Source: Octopus sinensis
Taxonomy: Eukaryota
Assembly (NCBI RefSeq): GCF_006345805.1
Contig: NC_043000.1
Coordinates: forward strand, 14,198,001-14,262,000
Length of the DNA stretch: 64,000 nucleotides
Direction: 5' to 3'
The notes below the pieces were generated by a model, which did no database searches, was not told where the DNA came from, and saw only the letters and a list, made by a program, of their open reading frames with translations. The position numbers and the translations under genes are program-made. Position 1 is the first letter of the stretch. The number at the start of each line of letters is the position of its first letter. Positions 1 to 12,267 of the stretch are shown here, one piece after another.

Positions 1-184
1 TGTGGATATGTGTGTGTATGTATGTATGTGTATGTGTGTGTATGTATATATTTTTTTGTGTGTATGTGTATGTGTGGTCGTGTGTGTGTATATATACATG
101 TGTGTGTGTATATGTATATGTGATGTGTGTATGCTTGTATATGTATATATATATATATACATATGTGTATATATATATTATATG

Positions 185-236
<52 letters not shown>

Positions 237-336
237 TATATGTAGATATATGTATGTATATGTGGTGTGTGTATATATATATAGATATATATATGGGTGT
301 GTGTGTATGTATGTGTGTATGTATATGTGTGTGTGT
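1..336. repeat. Mixed (TG)n/(TA)n microsatellite
   Basis: Read directly; the ORFs here are YI/CV low-complexity artefacts. Confidence 0.95.
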
Positions 337-623
337 TGAGAATTTCCTTATTTACCTAAAACTCTATTCTTCTATATATTTTTTGTATTTTATTCTTTTT
401 TTATTCTTTTATTTATTCTTCTATCTAATTTACACTGACTCCTTGACCACTCCCCCAAGTATGATTTTTTTGCGCTATGCCTACCCCCAAAAAGTCCTCC
501 ACCACCACCCCTATAAACCTGCCTAAATGTATAATGCCAATACAATTCTTGTTAAATAGCTTCCTGAAGATTTCTCTTGAATGAAACAGTTCTAGTCCTG
601 TAGAAGCTCCTTCTATATAATAA

Positions 624-689
<66 letters not shown>

Positions 690-2301
690 AATTGAGATAG
701 GGGTTGTAAATGCAACCCTCCATAGGATAACATATATCCAATATATTGCTAGTGAAGTACCCAACAAAGTTAATACATAAATGTTAAGGATTGCGATGCA
801 ATCAATTGATTTACTGTATTATATGGGCAAAGGTATGTATATATATATTTTCCAACATCACCATGTTGAAAAATGTTGGCTGTGAAAGACTATAGATCTA
901 ATGACAAAGGAGATCCAAAATTGGTACCTACCATCAGTTGCAGAAGATTGTAGAAAATAGAATCTGTTGGAAAGCACCTCATAGGTGACCATCATGGGTT
1001 TTTATTATTTCTCAGTGTGTTTCCCCAAACTTTGCCAGCGATAAAGTAAGCAAGGCAGCGGTTCACCAAGTACATGTTCATCAAGTACATGTTCATCATA
1101 GAGTGCACACTCTATCTCTGTAACCCAGTAATGCTTCCAAATCCTCTGATATATTCTCTTTTAGCTGCAAAGCATCTTACTATGTCTGATCACGGGGGTA
1201 AGCTGAACTGCTAGTTTTGGTAAGAGGAAGAAAGACTTAGACTTACACATATTACTTTTGGTAAGAAAGGCTTAGCAGTACAGAATATGTTGTTCTTCGG
1301 TTCAACATAAGAAAGAGATAACTATAAAAGTTTCACAAGCAGTGGGGAATTTAACCATGGTCACTTCTCAAATACTCATTATTGTACAAGGCAGGTCATA
1401 CTGAACTGCTACACTCAACACACACACACATGCATACACACACATGCACAAAGATACATGCATACATGCTCATACACAGACTCAGACACATGCATATACA
1501 TGCTCAGAGCCCTCCACACACATTTATAAATACTTATACACACGAGCGCATGCGCGCGCACACACACACAACAACAACAACAACAACACCAAGACCAACA
1601 CCACCGCCACCACCACCACCAACAACAACAACAACACCAACACCAACACCAACACCACCAACAACAACAACAACAACAGCAGCAGCAGCAGCAGCAGCAA
1701 CCTTCAAGAGTACCACATTGTAAGTCATTAAAACACTTGCTTTAAATCCGAAATTGGTTCCAGATTCATTTGAAAAGAAAACCCTCTCCCTCCCTCTCTC
1801 ACTCACTCACTCTCTTTCCTCCTCTCTCTGTCTCTACCTGTCTGTCCGTCTGTCTGCCTCTCTCTCTCTCTCTCTCTCTTACTAACTCACGCACACATCA
1901 TCTCCACCACCACCACCACCGCTATTTCCATCGTCAACACCACCACAACTGCATCTCCACCAATCAGGAAAGTTTCGTAGCCGTCATCAACAATTCCACA
2001 ATCGCTTTCACCACCACCACCACCACCACCACCACCACCACCACCACCACGAAGGTGCCACCACTACCACCACTACCACCATCTACCACCATCACTGGCA
2101 TCAACAAGAAACAAAAACAATCCCCACCCACCCAAGCTGCCACTCCTCACTCCACTCCACCCCCTTTAACCACTACACCACCTCCGTCGAACCCCTCCCC
2201 CAACCTTGAAGTCACTGACGTTTTAGCCATCCCTCCCTCCATGTACTACGAAGTCGTATCCATCTCCGACTGGTCCACACACCCCGCCCACTCGTCAGTG
2301 T

Positions 2302-3152
2302 CACCACCACCACCACCACCACCACCACCACCACCACCACCATAACCACCACAACCACACCACCACCACAACACCACCACAACACCACCATTACCACCAC
2401 CACCACCACCACCACCACCACCACCACCACCATAACCACCACAACCACACCACCACCACAACACCACCATTACCACCACCATTACCACCACACCACCACC
2501 ACACCACCACCACCACCATAACCACCACAACCAACACCACCACCCAACCCACCATTACCACCACCATTACCACACCACCACCACCACCACCACCACCATA
2601 ACCACCACAACCACACCACCACCACAACACCACCACAACACCACCATTACCACCAACCACCATCACCACCGCCCACCACCACCACCACCATAACCACCAC
2701 AACCAACCCACCACCACAACACCACCATTACCACCACCATTACCACCACCACCACCACCACCACCACCACCACCACCACCACCACCATAACCACACAACC
2801 ACACCACCACCACAACACACCACCACACAACACCACCATTACCACCACCACACCACACACCACCACCACCACCACATAACCACCACAACCACACACCACC
2901 ACACAACACCAACCATTACCCACCAACCATTACCACCACACCACCACCACCACACCACCATAACCACCACAACCACACCACCACCAACACCACCACAACA
3001 CCACCATTACCACCACCACCACCACCACCACCACCACACCACCAACATAACCACCACAACCACACCACCACCACAACACCACCATTACCACCACCACCAT
3101 CACCACCGCCACCGCCACTGCCACCGCCACTGCCACCGCCGCCGCCGCCGCC
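2302..3152. repeat. Compound (CAC)n-based minisatellite with recurring higher-order motifs
   Basis: (CAC)n tracts punctuated repeatedly by cataaccaccacaaccacac and aacaccaccattaccac. Confidence 0.9.
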
Positions 3153-3457
3153 ACGATCCCATTCAGCAGTGTTGGAATTGTTTTAATATTTTACCATTGT
3201 TTCTGTAATGAGTAATTACCATTGGCATTCTAACAGCTGGTGGCAGAGGTAGAAATGGGGATGAGGTGGGGGGGCGAGGGTGAGTAAGGTGGTGGTGGTG
3301 GTGGTAGTGGTGGTGGTGATCGTCGTCGTCGTCGTAAGTAGTAGTGATGGTAGCGGTAGTGATGGTGTTAGCAACGGTGGCGGCGGTAGTGGTAGTGGTG
3401 TTAGTAACGATGGTGGTGATGTTAGAAGTGGTCTTCTTTTTTGTAGCTCCTGATTAT

Positions 3458-3563
3458 CTGCGATCAAGCAAAACTGCGATCAAGCAAAACTGCGATCAAG
3501 CAAAACTGCGATCAAGCAAAACTGCGATCAAGCAAAGCTGCGATCAAGCAAAACTGCGATCAA
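3458..3563. repeat. 16-bp tandem repeat CTGCGATCAAGCAAAA, 6 full units plus a partial unit
   Basis: Units start at 3458, 3474, 3490, 3506, 3522, 3538 and 3554. Confidence 0.95.
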
Positions 3564-3649
3564 AATGAAAAAGATAAATTCCACCAAAAGTCTTCCAGTT
3601 GCAACCATTCCGTCTTTTGTTTCTCTGATTCAGTTTACTCTTTTTTTTT

Positions 3650-3975
3650 TACTCTTTTACTTGTTTCAGTCATTTGACTGCGGCCATGCTGGAGTACCCC
3701 CTTTTAGTCGAGCAAATCAACCCCAGGACTTATTCTTTGTAAGCCTAGTACTTATTCTATCGGAGTCTTTTGCCGAACCGCTAAGTTACGGAGACGCAAA
3801 CACACCAGCATCGGTTGTCAAGCGATGTTGGGGTGACAAACACAGACACACACACACACACACACACACACGCATACACACACATACATACGACGGGCTT
3901 CTTTCAGTTTCTGTCTACCAAATCCACTCACAAGGCTTTGGTTGGCCCGAGGCTATAGTGGAAGACACTTGCCCA
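3650..3975 (-). mobile_element. SINE family A, head-truncated copy
   Basis: Matches body and tail of the full copies (4029-4424, 24268-24690); internal (CA)n tract present. Confidence 0.85.
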
Positions 3976-4028
3976 ATTTCTTTAAGTTCTTTCGATTGTT
4001 TCTGGAGAACATCTCTTCCTCTCTTTTT

Positions 4029-4424
4029 CTCTTTTACTTGTTTCAGTCATTTGACTGCGGCCATGCTGGAGCACCGCCTTTAGTCGAGAAAATCGACCCC
4101 GGGACTTATTCTTTGTAAGCCCAGTACTTATTCTATCGGTCTCTTTTGCCGAACCGCTAAGTGACGGGGACGTAAACACACCAGCATCGGTTTCAAGCAA
4201 TGCTAGGGGACAAACACAGACACAAAACATATACACACACACATATATATATATACATTATAAGACAGGCTTCTTCAGCTTCCATCTACCAAATCCACTC
4301 ACAAGGCATTGGTCGGCCCGGGGCTATAGTAGAAGACACTTGCCCAAGATGCCACGCAGTGGGACTGAACCCGGAACCATGTGGTTGGTTAGGAAGCTAC
4401 TTACCACACAGCCACTCCTGCGCC
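4029..4424 (-). mobile_element. SINE family A, full length (tRNA-like head, internal microsatellite)
   Basis: Reverse complement begins GGCGCAGGAGTGGCTGTGTGGTAAG (A-box-like), then GGTTCAGTCCC (B-box-like), and ends ...GACTGAAACAAGTAAAAGAG; many paralogues in the window. Confidence 0.9.
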
Positions 4425-4636
4425 TTGCTTTGTTTGCTTTGTTTTTTTGGGTTTTTTTTTTTAGGAGAATCGAAGCATTTCTTGGTTTCTGTGCAGATCT
4501 GTTGTTACGTAGCCCAGTGCACCTATGAACAAATGAAATGTGCAGTCTGTACATAAGAGGCGTAGGGTTCTCATTAATTCTCAATAAATGTTCTCGTTTC
4601 CTCTTAGTTTGCAGAGACATTCATACCCACTGGGTT

Positions 4637-5020
4637 GGAAGCACTCCGTCGGTTACGACGACGAGGGTTCCGGTTGATCCGATCAACGGAAAAGCCTGCT
4701 CGTGAAATTAACGTGTAAGTGGCTGAGCACTCCACAGACACGTGTACCCTTAACGTAGTTCTCGGGGATATTCAGCGTGACACAAGAGAGTGACAAGGCC
4801 GGCCCCTTGAAATACAGGTACAACAGAAACAGGAAGTAAGAGTGAGAGAAAGTTGTGGTGAAAGAGTACAGCAGGGATCGCCACCATCCCCTGCTGGAGC
4901 CTCGTGGAGCTTTAGGTGTTTTCGCTCAATAAACGCTCACAACACCCGGTCTGGGAATCGAAACCGCGATCCTACGACCGCGAGTCCGCTGCCCTAACCA
5001 CTGGGCCATCGCGCCGCCAC
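4637..5020 (-). mobile_element. SINE family C, full length, with target-site duplication
   Basis: tRNA-like head GTGG(A/C)GGCGC..TGGCCCAGTGGTTAGGG...GGTTTCGATTCCC on the minus strand; flanked by the direct repeat ccactgggtt. Confidence 0.9.
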
Positions 5021-5290
5021 CCACTGGGTTACTGATCTCTACAACGGTGCACTACTTTTGCTCCCTGTCCTTTTCAACTATATTTGACCTGTCATGCTTT
5101 CACCGAGTTACTGTTCTTATTGGAATGCACAGTATTCTTTATTTATGCATACTGTGTGGTTCTGGTGTACCATTGGTATGGCAGTCCGGACAATCCTTCT
5201 TGCATATAGCATTGTAGACTACAGAAGTAGAATAATGAATAAAGGAAAAATAAGGAAGGCTTCTAACAACGTAGAAAGTTTTAAAAACTT

Positions 5291-5320
5291 TATATTTCGG
5301 GTGCAAAGACCTATCTTCAG
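5291..5320 (-). ncRNA. Minimal hammerhead ribozyme-like motif
   Basis: Minus strand reads CTGAAGA-ta-GGT-ctttgc-ACC-c-GAAA-TATA, i.e. CUGANGA / stem II / GAAA / short palindromic stem III. Confidence 0.6.
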
Positions 5321-5459
5321 AAAAATAAAATTTAAAAAATGTGTGTTTAAAAATCACACATTGCCGTTTTGGATAGCCTGAGAAGAGGGGGTCACTGTCC
5401 ATCTGGCTATCCAAAATGGCAGGATCTATGTGAACACGCATTTCTTTGACTGTATTCTT

Positions 5460-5488
5460 CTGATGATAGGTATATGCTGCGAAATATA
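5460..5488 (+). ncRNA. Minimal hammerhead ribozyme-like motif with degraded stem II
   Basis: CTGATGA-taggtatatgctgc-GAAA-TATA. Confidence 0.55.
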
Positions 5489-5678
5489 ACAGTTTAAAAA
5501 ACTTTCTTCATTGTTAGAAGCTTTCCTTATTCCTCATTTCTTTCATTATTCTACCATTGTAGACTGTTCTGCGACAATGTCATGTCTCATGGGAAGGTAG
5601 CAACATGCGAACATTTTAAGACAGCTGTTGATGGATACGAGTGATGTTCTTCACATTAGCATGGCACAATCAACGCTT

Positions 5679-5912
5679 TCTTATTTCTTTACTGCCCACA
5701 AGGGGCTACACACAGAGGGGACAAACAAGGACAGACAAACGGATTAAGTCGATTATATAGACCCCAGTACGTAACGGTATTTATTTAATCGACCTCGAAA
5801 GGATGAAAGGCAAAGTGGACCTCGGCGGAACTTGAACTCAGAACGTAGCGGCAGACGAAATACTGCTAAGCATTTCGCCCGGCGTGCTAACGTTTCTGCC
5901 AGCTCGCCGCCT
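5679..5912 (-). mobile_element. SINE family B, full length, with TSD
   Basis: Head GGCGGCGAGCTGGCAGAAACGTTAGC; central GCCTTTCATCCTTTCGxGGTCGAT resembles the Deu/Nin-type conserved SINE domain; flanked by acaatcaacgctttc. Confidence 0.9.
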
Positions 5913-7050
5913 TGGTACAATCAACGCTTTCAGTTACAGGGTTGGGGTTTAGAGATATCCCTATCGCTTTAGTAACTACTTCCTGTTCTTCGGTACCAAA
6001 AGCATAGCCGTCTCGGTAAGATGTGACGCATTTTTCAAAGGTCTAAGAGAAGTTACTATTCCTCTCAATGTTGTGGGCATTCTCTAACATGTAGAATATG
6101 CACCCATACATAACTTTCTGCTGGAACGATGAATAATTTCTCTTCCAAGTCTCTGTTTAAGTAGGTTAGTCCAGCCATACTTGGTTCACATGAAGTAATT
6201 GTTCAGTTCTACACCGATCCTCATGATGTTTATTACCTTCACTATTGAGTACACATGTGATGAATTCATTTCTCTCTTTGCTTTTCTGTGGGTATGGTCT
6301 AGGTGACAGAATGCAACGCTCGAAGACCTTCTGAACAGATTTTATGCGCCTACATCCACCCCTCCGTTAAACGTAGATCCTGTCAGAGTTAATATTGATG
6401 TAGAAGTTAGCAGGATCATCAACAAGGAAGGTGTGAGTGAAATTGATTTTTTCTTTCATCAGCAGCTCCTATTATGCAGTCTTTGCATTTCCCTAACAGG
6501 ACCGAAAAGGGAGTTCTCTGCTACGACAAGATAAGCTGTCACCCTGAAATATTCCTGTTGATAACCTAATTCTGTTAGTTACTGTAATGGTAGCTTCAGT
6601 TCTTAACGATAGCTCTGTGGAGCATGTTGTCAACCTTTTAATGGCATTAACTATAGCAGATTGATTCTATCATCCATGAATGAGGAACAGAGTCAAACGC
6701 CATTTTATAGTCTACTGACACAGTCAGCAAGTTTCGGCGGTACTTTTTCGCTTCCTTAAGAACAGCTTTGTTGATGAGGAGTTGTTCTTTCCTTTCGTCC
6801 GTTCTTCAGTCCCTCCGTTGTGTGTTTCGCACTGATCCTGGACGGAAGCATTGGAGCAACCTGTGTATAGTCTACACATCACTTCCATGTACGTTATCGG
6901 CTTGTAGCTATTGGGGCACATTGGTCTCCTGGCTTTTAGCTCCTAAAGTTGTACGTGCAACTGCCAACCAGTCTGTTGCATCAGCCTCAGTATTCATTGT
7001 TCTTTTGAACAAGTTAACGAGGACCGCTCAGAAGAACGTGTGATTTCTAT

Positions 7051-7284
7051 ACCTATTTCTTTACTACCCACAAGGGGCTAAACACAGAGGGGACAAACAA
7101 GGACAGACAAACGGATTAAGTCGATTACATCGACCCAGTGCATAACTGGTACTTAATTTATCGACCCCGAAAGGATGAAAGGCAAAGTCGACCTCGGCGG
7201 AATTTGAACCCAGAACGTAAAAACAGACGAAATACCGCTAAGCATTTTGCCCGGTGTGCTAACGTTTCTGCCAGCTCACCGCCT
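7051..7284 (-). mobile_element. SINE family B copy
   Basis: Same sequence as other B copies; tttctatacc is duplicated at the flanks. Confidence 0.9.
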
Positions 7285-8327
7285 TTTCTATACCAATAAT
7301 TTGTGATTTCTATACCAATAATGAACTTACAAGGTCTTTACCAAGTGATTTCTCGTTTGGTAGTTTTGCAATAACTATCAGGAAAGTTTCATTGTTGATA
7401 TAAAAAGTTTAGGAAGAGACTTTTGCACAGTATCCGCTCCATCCAGTCACAATTGCATAGTGGTTTTGTTTGCTTACATTCTGGATCTTTAACCGAAACG
7501 ACACGAGATCATCCGAATTGGAGTTTTCACGATTTTGATGGCATGACCTTTCATACTCCGATACACTCCTTTTAGATTTATTACACACTTGCAATTAATG
7601 GATTTTCGTTCCCGAATATGTTTTTTTGTTTTTTATTTATTTAAAAAAATTTTAACAACTAAATTCTTCAATTACCGCTCACTGTTCATGTTTAAGAATA
7701 ATTAACTTGGTCGCCAGTGTTTCTTGTCGACAGTTTCCACAGACTTTAGATAATCCATCAGAAAGCAGCAGCTGCTAGTTCCTGAATTCATTATTCGTTT
7801 TGCACTTCAATGATAGTGTCTAGCAGTCCAATATTTCCCCTTAATCCATTTTGGTTGTTTCTTCTTACTGCTGTCGATCTCCACTACTCCCATCTGCTGG
7901 CAAATAGTAAACGCATCACAATATAACAGAACACTCAAAGCCTAAAAGTTAGGATTTTCAATCTCTGCTAGTTATTCTTTTGCTCTTTAGTCTATCGCGG
8001 ATAACATCATGTTGGTCGGTTTTCTATCGATTTATGTTGTAATTGCCTTTCATGTAATAGTTTTGTTAATGTAGATGAAGTTTTGTTTGAGTTTTATTGT
8101 TAAGTGGTCTTTCAGTAGTTTGTATTCTTCACTCATTATTTCTGTTTGTTCATTTTCTGTATTGCTCGCTCGTGTAATGGCAGCATGCTCGTCTCAGCAA
8201 TATTGTTATCGCATCAGTTATGGTCCGGATGGTTTACGATCTTCTCTGCAGAAGAATTCATTGGTTTCTGGTCCAGCTCTTATTTACTGTGTGATTTTGA
8301 TTGTCTGTGGAGATAACATTATTTTAT

Positions 8328-8715
8328 TCTTTTATTTGTTTGAGCCATTTGACTGCGGTCATGCTGGAGCATTGCATTTAGTCGAACAAATCGACCTCGG
8401 GACGTATTCTTTGTAAGTCTAGTACTTATTCTACCTGTCTCTTTTGTCGAACCGCTAAGTTACGGGGAGGTAAATACACCAACATCGGTTGTCAAGCGAT
8501 GGTGGGAGTACAAACACAGACACAAACATACACACACACACATGTATATATACGACGGGCTTCTTTCAGTTTCCGTCTACCAAATCCTCTCACAAGGCTT
8601 TGGTCGGCCCGAGGCTATAGTAGAAGACACTGACCCAAGGTGCTATGCAGTGGGACTGAACTCGGAACCATGTGGTTGGTAAGCAAGCTACTTACCACAC
8701 ATCCACTCCTGCGCC
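8328..8715 (-). mobile_element. SINE family A copy
   Basis: Matches family A along its length. Confidence 0.9.
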
Positions 8716-9206
8716 TAACAGCTAAATTTTTTTTTTCCTCAACGAACATTGCCTGTTGTCGCAGTTGCTAGGCAATGAGTTCGCATAGTCGGGGAAGTTT
8801 AGATCCCAGTCACTTTCTATCTTTTTCATGTAACCTATCATGAGATTTTACCCAACCTTTTTATAGAATTAGTATAATTCTTGGTTCAATTCAAAGGTAC
8901 ACTAAAATTTCTCTCGATAGTTCCGTGACCTCAGATAGCTGACCCCAGTCTGCTGTTCAACCATTGTGAATATGGCAGCAGTCCCAAGTAATGAGTTTTA
9001 ATTAATATTCTTCGTTTAATTACTGTTATGGTCTGCCATAAAATAATGGTTCTTCTTCGCATTTTCTAAACAAGCTAACCAATTTTTTTACAAGGTTTGT
9101 AAGAATGGTAAAAGGTCTAAGGGATACTATTCATTACAGAAAATTTAAGGGTCTCCTTATGCCAACGTAACTGACTTCGATGTCATACGTATGTGTGTAT
9201 GTATGT

Positions 9207-9404
9207 CTTTTACTTGTTTCAGTCATTTGACTGTGGTCATGCTGGAGTACCACCTCTTAGTCGAGCAAATCGACCACAGGACTTATTCTTTGTAAGCCTA
9301 GTACTTATTCTATCGGTCTGTTTTGCCGAACCGCTAAGTTACGGGGACGTAAAAACACCAGCATCTGTTGGGGGACAAACACAGACACACAAACATATAC
9401 ACAC

Positions 9405-9481
<77 letters not shown>

Positions 9482-9654
9482 TACATATATACGACGGGTT
9501 TCTTTCAGTTTCCGTCTACCAAATCCACTCGCTAGGCTTTGGTCGACCCGAGGTTATAGTAGAAGACACTTGCCTAAGATGCCACGCAATGGGACTGAAC
9601 CCGGAACCATGTGGTTGGTAAGAAAGCTACTTACCACACAGCCACTCCTACGCC
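9207..9654 (-). mobile_element. SINE family A copy with expanded internal (TA)n
   Basis: Matches family A; flanked by tgtatgtatgt on both sides. Confidence 0.9.
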
Positions 9655-10231
9655 TGTATGTATGTTTCTTTGGTTATATTTTTCAAATTTATCATAATGG
9701 AGAAATAACATGTTTCTAAGCCTGGAAAAAAAAAACGACAAAAACACCATCTTTCCTTGAAATTTAGATAACATCAACAGGGTACTCTTGTATGTATGTA
9801 TGTGTATGTGTGTGTCGAGCGAGCATGATATAGTAGTTATGATGTTGCACACGCGATCTCGAGATCGTTGTTTCAATTCCTGGACCAGGCAGTGCATTGT
9901 GTTCTTGAGCAAAGCACTTCACCTCACATTGTTTTATGATCACCTCGACACCTGACATGTGGTACTCTGTGCACCTGTTCAGGTAACGTTTATTTGATGG
10001 AAGGAGTGAGCTTCATGTACAGCTCATACATTTGGTTGCTAGAAACAAATCATTTGTACAGGCTATTCAGCAAGATATTGCTAAACCGCCTTTCTCGGGC
10101 TACGAGAGACTACCATCATATGTACGGTATGTATGTATGTATGTATGTATGTATGTATGTATGTATGTATGCATGCATGTATGTATGTATGTAATGTATG
10201 TATGTATGTATGTATGTATGTATGTATATCG

Positions 10232-10468
10232 AGGGCAGCGAGCTGGCAGAACCGTTAGCACGCCTGGCGTAATGCGTAGCCGTATTTCGTCTGCCATTAC
10301 GTTCTGAGTTCAAATACCGCCGAGGTCGACTTTGCCTTTCATCCTTTCGGGGTCGATAAATTAAGTACCATTTACGCACTAGGGTCGATATAATCGACTT
10401 AATCCGTCTGTCTGTCGTTGTTTGTCTCCTCTGTGTTTAGCCCCTGGTGGGTAGTAAAGAAACAGGTA
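10232..10468 (+). mobile_element. SINE family B copy embedded in (TGTA)n
   Basis: Matches family B. Confidence 0.9.
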
Positions 10469-10517
10469 TGTATGTATGTATGTATGTATGTATGTTGTAT
10501 GTATGTATGTATGTATG

Positions 10518-10850
10518 AAGGCGTATGGCTCAGTGGTTAGAACGTCGAGCTTACGATCATGAGGTTGTGAGCTCGAATCCCGGACCGGGCTGCGTGTTGT
10601 GTTCTTGAGCAAGACACTTTATTTCACGTTGCTCCAGTTCACTCAGCTGTAGAAATGAGTTGCATCACGGGTGCCAAGCTGCATCGGCTGCTGCCTTTCC
10701 CTTGGATAATACTGGTGGCTTGGAGAGGGGGCGGGGCGGTATGCATGGGCGACTGCTGGTCTTCCATAAACAACTTTGCCAAAACTTGTGCCTGGGAGGG
10801 TAACTTTCTAGGTGCAATCCCATGGTCTATGTCGTGACCGAAGCGGGTCT
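10518..10850 (+). mobile_element. SINE family D (tRNA head plus V/CORE-like central domain)
   Basis: TGGCTCAGTGGTTAGA...GCTCGAATCCC then TGTGTTCTTGAGCAAGACACTTTATTTCACGTTGCTCCAGTTCACTCAGCTGTAGAAATG. Relatives lie at ~9820-10000, 22500-22730(-), 29646-30990, 52450-52640(-), 55490-56118(-) and 57289-57580. Confidence 0.85.
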
Positions 10851-11149
10851 CAGAATGTATGTATGTATGTATGTATGTATGTATGTATGTATGTATGTAT
10901 GTATGTATGTATGTATGTATGCATGGGTGGATTGACGGATGGCTGGCTGGCTGGCTGGCTGGGTGGCTGGATGGATGGATGGATGGATGGATGGATGGAT
11001 GGATGGATGGATGGATGGATATACGGTATTTACTTGTAAGGGGTACATGTACTTGCAAAAGATACATTTACTAAATAAGGGGAACGTGTCGTACCCCTTA
11101 TTTAGTGCTAAATTTTTTTACTAATTTTTTTCTCTTCATAGTTCAGCAT

Positions 11150-12140
11150 GATGTTGATTGGTACTTCCTGGTTGTGGATATTGATCAGAATCATGTATGT
11201 TCTTTTCTGAAATGCTCTCCCATCCGTACGCTTTTGACGCAAGTTCCAGTCTAGTGGTGAGTTGCAAGAGTTTTCTGCTTCGCTGTCTTCCAGTGTGCTG
11301 ATATTATCAACAAAACGAGAGTTGCAAGGTGAATGTCGTCCGACAGAAATGGAGGTGTGATAAGGCTGCGAGCTGGCAGAGTTGTTAGCACGCCGGGCGA
11401 AATGTTTAGCAACATTTCGTCTGCCGCTACGTTCTGAGTTCAAATTCCTATTTCTTTATTACCCACAAGGGGCTAAACATAGATGGGACAAACAAGGACA
11501 GACATAGGCATTAAGTCGATTCCATCGACCCCAGTGCGTAACTGGTACTTAATTTATCGACCCCGAAAGGATGAAAGGCAAAGTCGACCTCGGCGGAATT
11601 TGAACTCACAGCGTAACGACAGACGAAATACGGCTACGCATTTCGCCCGGCGTGCTAACGTTTCTGCCAGCTCGCCGCCTTCTGAGTTCAAATTCCGCCG
11701 AGGTCGATTTTGCCTTTTATCCTTTCGGGGTCGATTAAATAAGTACCAGTTACGCACTGGGGTCAATATAATCAACTTAATCCGTTTGTCTGTCCTTGTT
11801 TGTCCCCTCTGTGTTTAGCCCCTTGTGGGTAGTAAAGAAACAGGTATTTCGTCTGCTGTTATGTTCTGAGTTCAAATTCCGCCGAGGTTGACTTTGCCTT
11901 TCATCCTTTCGGGGTCGATTAGATAAGTACCAGTTGCGCACTGGGGTCGATATAATCGACTAATCCGTTTGTCTGTCCTTGTTTGTCCCTTCTGTGAGTA
12001 GCCCCTTATGGGCAGTAAAGATATAAGATATGGAGGTGTGAAAGTCACATATGTTCTGCATGATGTTTTCCGAGGTGAAATTGTAAAGGACCAGGAAGAG
12101 GAGACAACTTCAATAAACTCCAGCTATTGTCACAAAGACG
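11150..12140 (-). pseudogene. RTE-clade LINE reverse transcriptase fragment split by a SINE-B cluster
   Basis: Minus-strand translation FVTIAGVY*SCLLFLVLYNFTSENIM...SISVGRHSPCNSRFVDNI...RLELASKAYG is a degenerate form of GVRQGCLLSP.LFN...NLRFADDI. Confidence 0.7.
11363..12030. mobile_element. SINE-B dimer (+) with a third SINE-B inserted in reverse orientation (11449-11680)
   Basis: Inner TSD tctgagttcaaattcc; outer TSD atggaggtgtga. Confidence 0.9.
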
Positions 12141-12267
12141 TCTATATGTATATGTATGAATGAATACAACCAACACCTACTTACATACATATCTATATGC
12201 ATATATACATACATGTATAGAGCAGCATGAAACGATACACTTTCACGAGAGTGAAAAAAATGTGAGT

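Larger units (their letters stand above)
5221..5554. mobile_element. Fold-back non-autonomous element with two opposite-strand hammerhead-like cores (inverted Penelope-type pLTR / retrozyme-like)
   Basis: Imperfect inverted arms (gtagaataatgaa / ttcattattctac; tgccgttttggatagcc / ggctatccaaaatggca); 11-bp direct repeat cattgtagact at 5210-5220 and 5555-5565. Confidence 0.75.
4470..9180 (-). pseudogene. Near-complete decayed Dong/R4-type non-LTR retrotransposon (RT, CCHC knuckle, restriction-like endonuclease), interrupted by SINEs and a fold-back element
   Basis: Manual minus-strand translation gives motifs in the expected order: GYMKKIESDWDLNFP (~8830); DWLAVARTT...SYKPITYMEVMCRLYTG (~6970-6860); KEQLLINKAVLKEAKKYRRNLLTVSVDYKMAFDSVPHSW (~6790-6675); GIFQGDSLS (~6555); FLVDD (~6425); LCHANVKNI...SC...YLPMRHDIVA (~5670-5570); KHDRSNIV..CTVVEISNP (~5100-5025); IGALG (~4520). 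Many stops and frameshifts; ends approximate. Confidence 0.85.

Noticed and set aside
1382-3154. Pro/Thr/His-rich ORFs resembling mucin or extensin
   Set aside because: Translations of CAC/CAA microsatellites, open in several frames on both strands.
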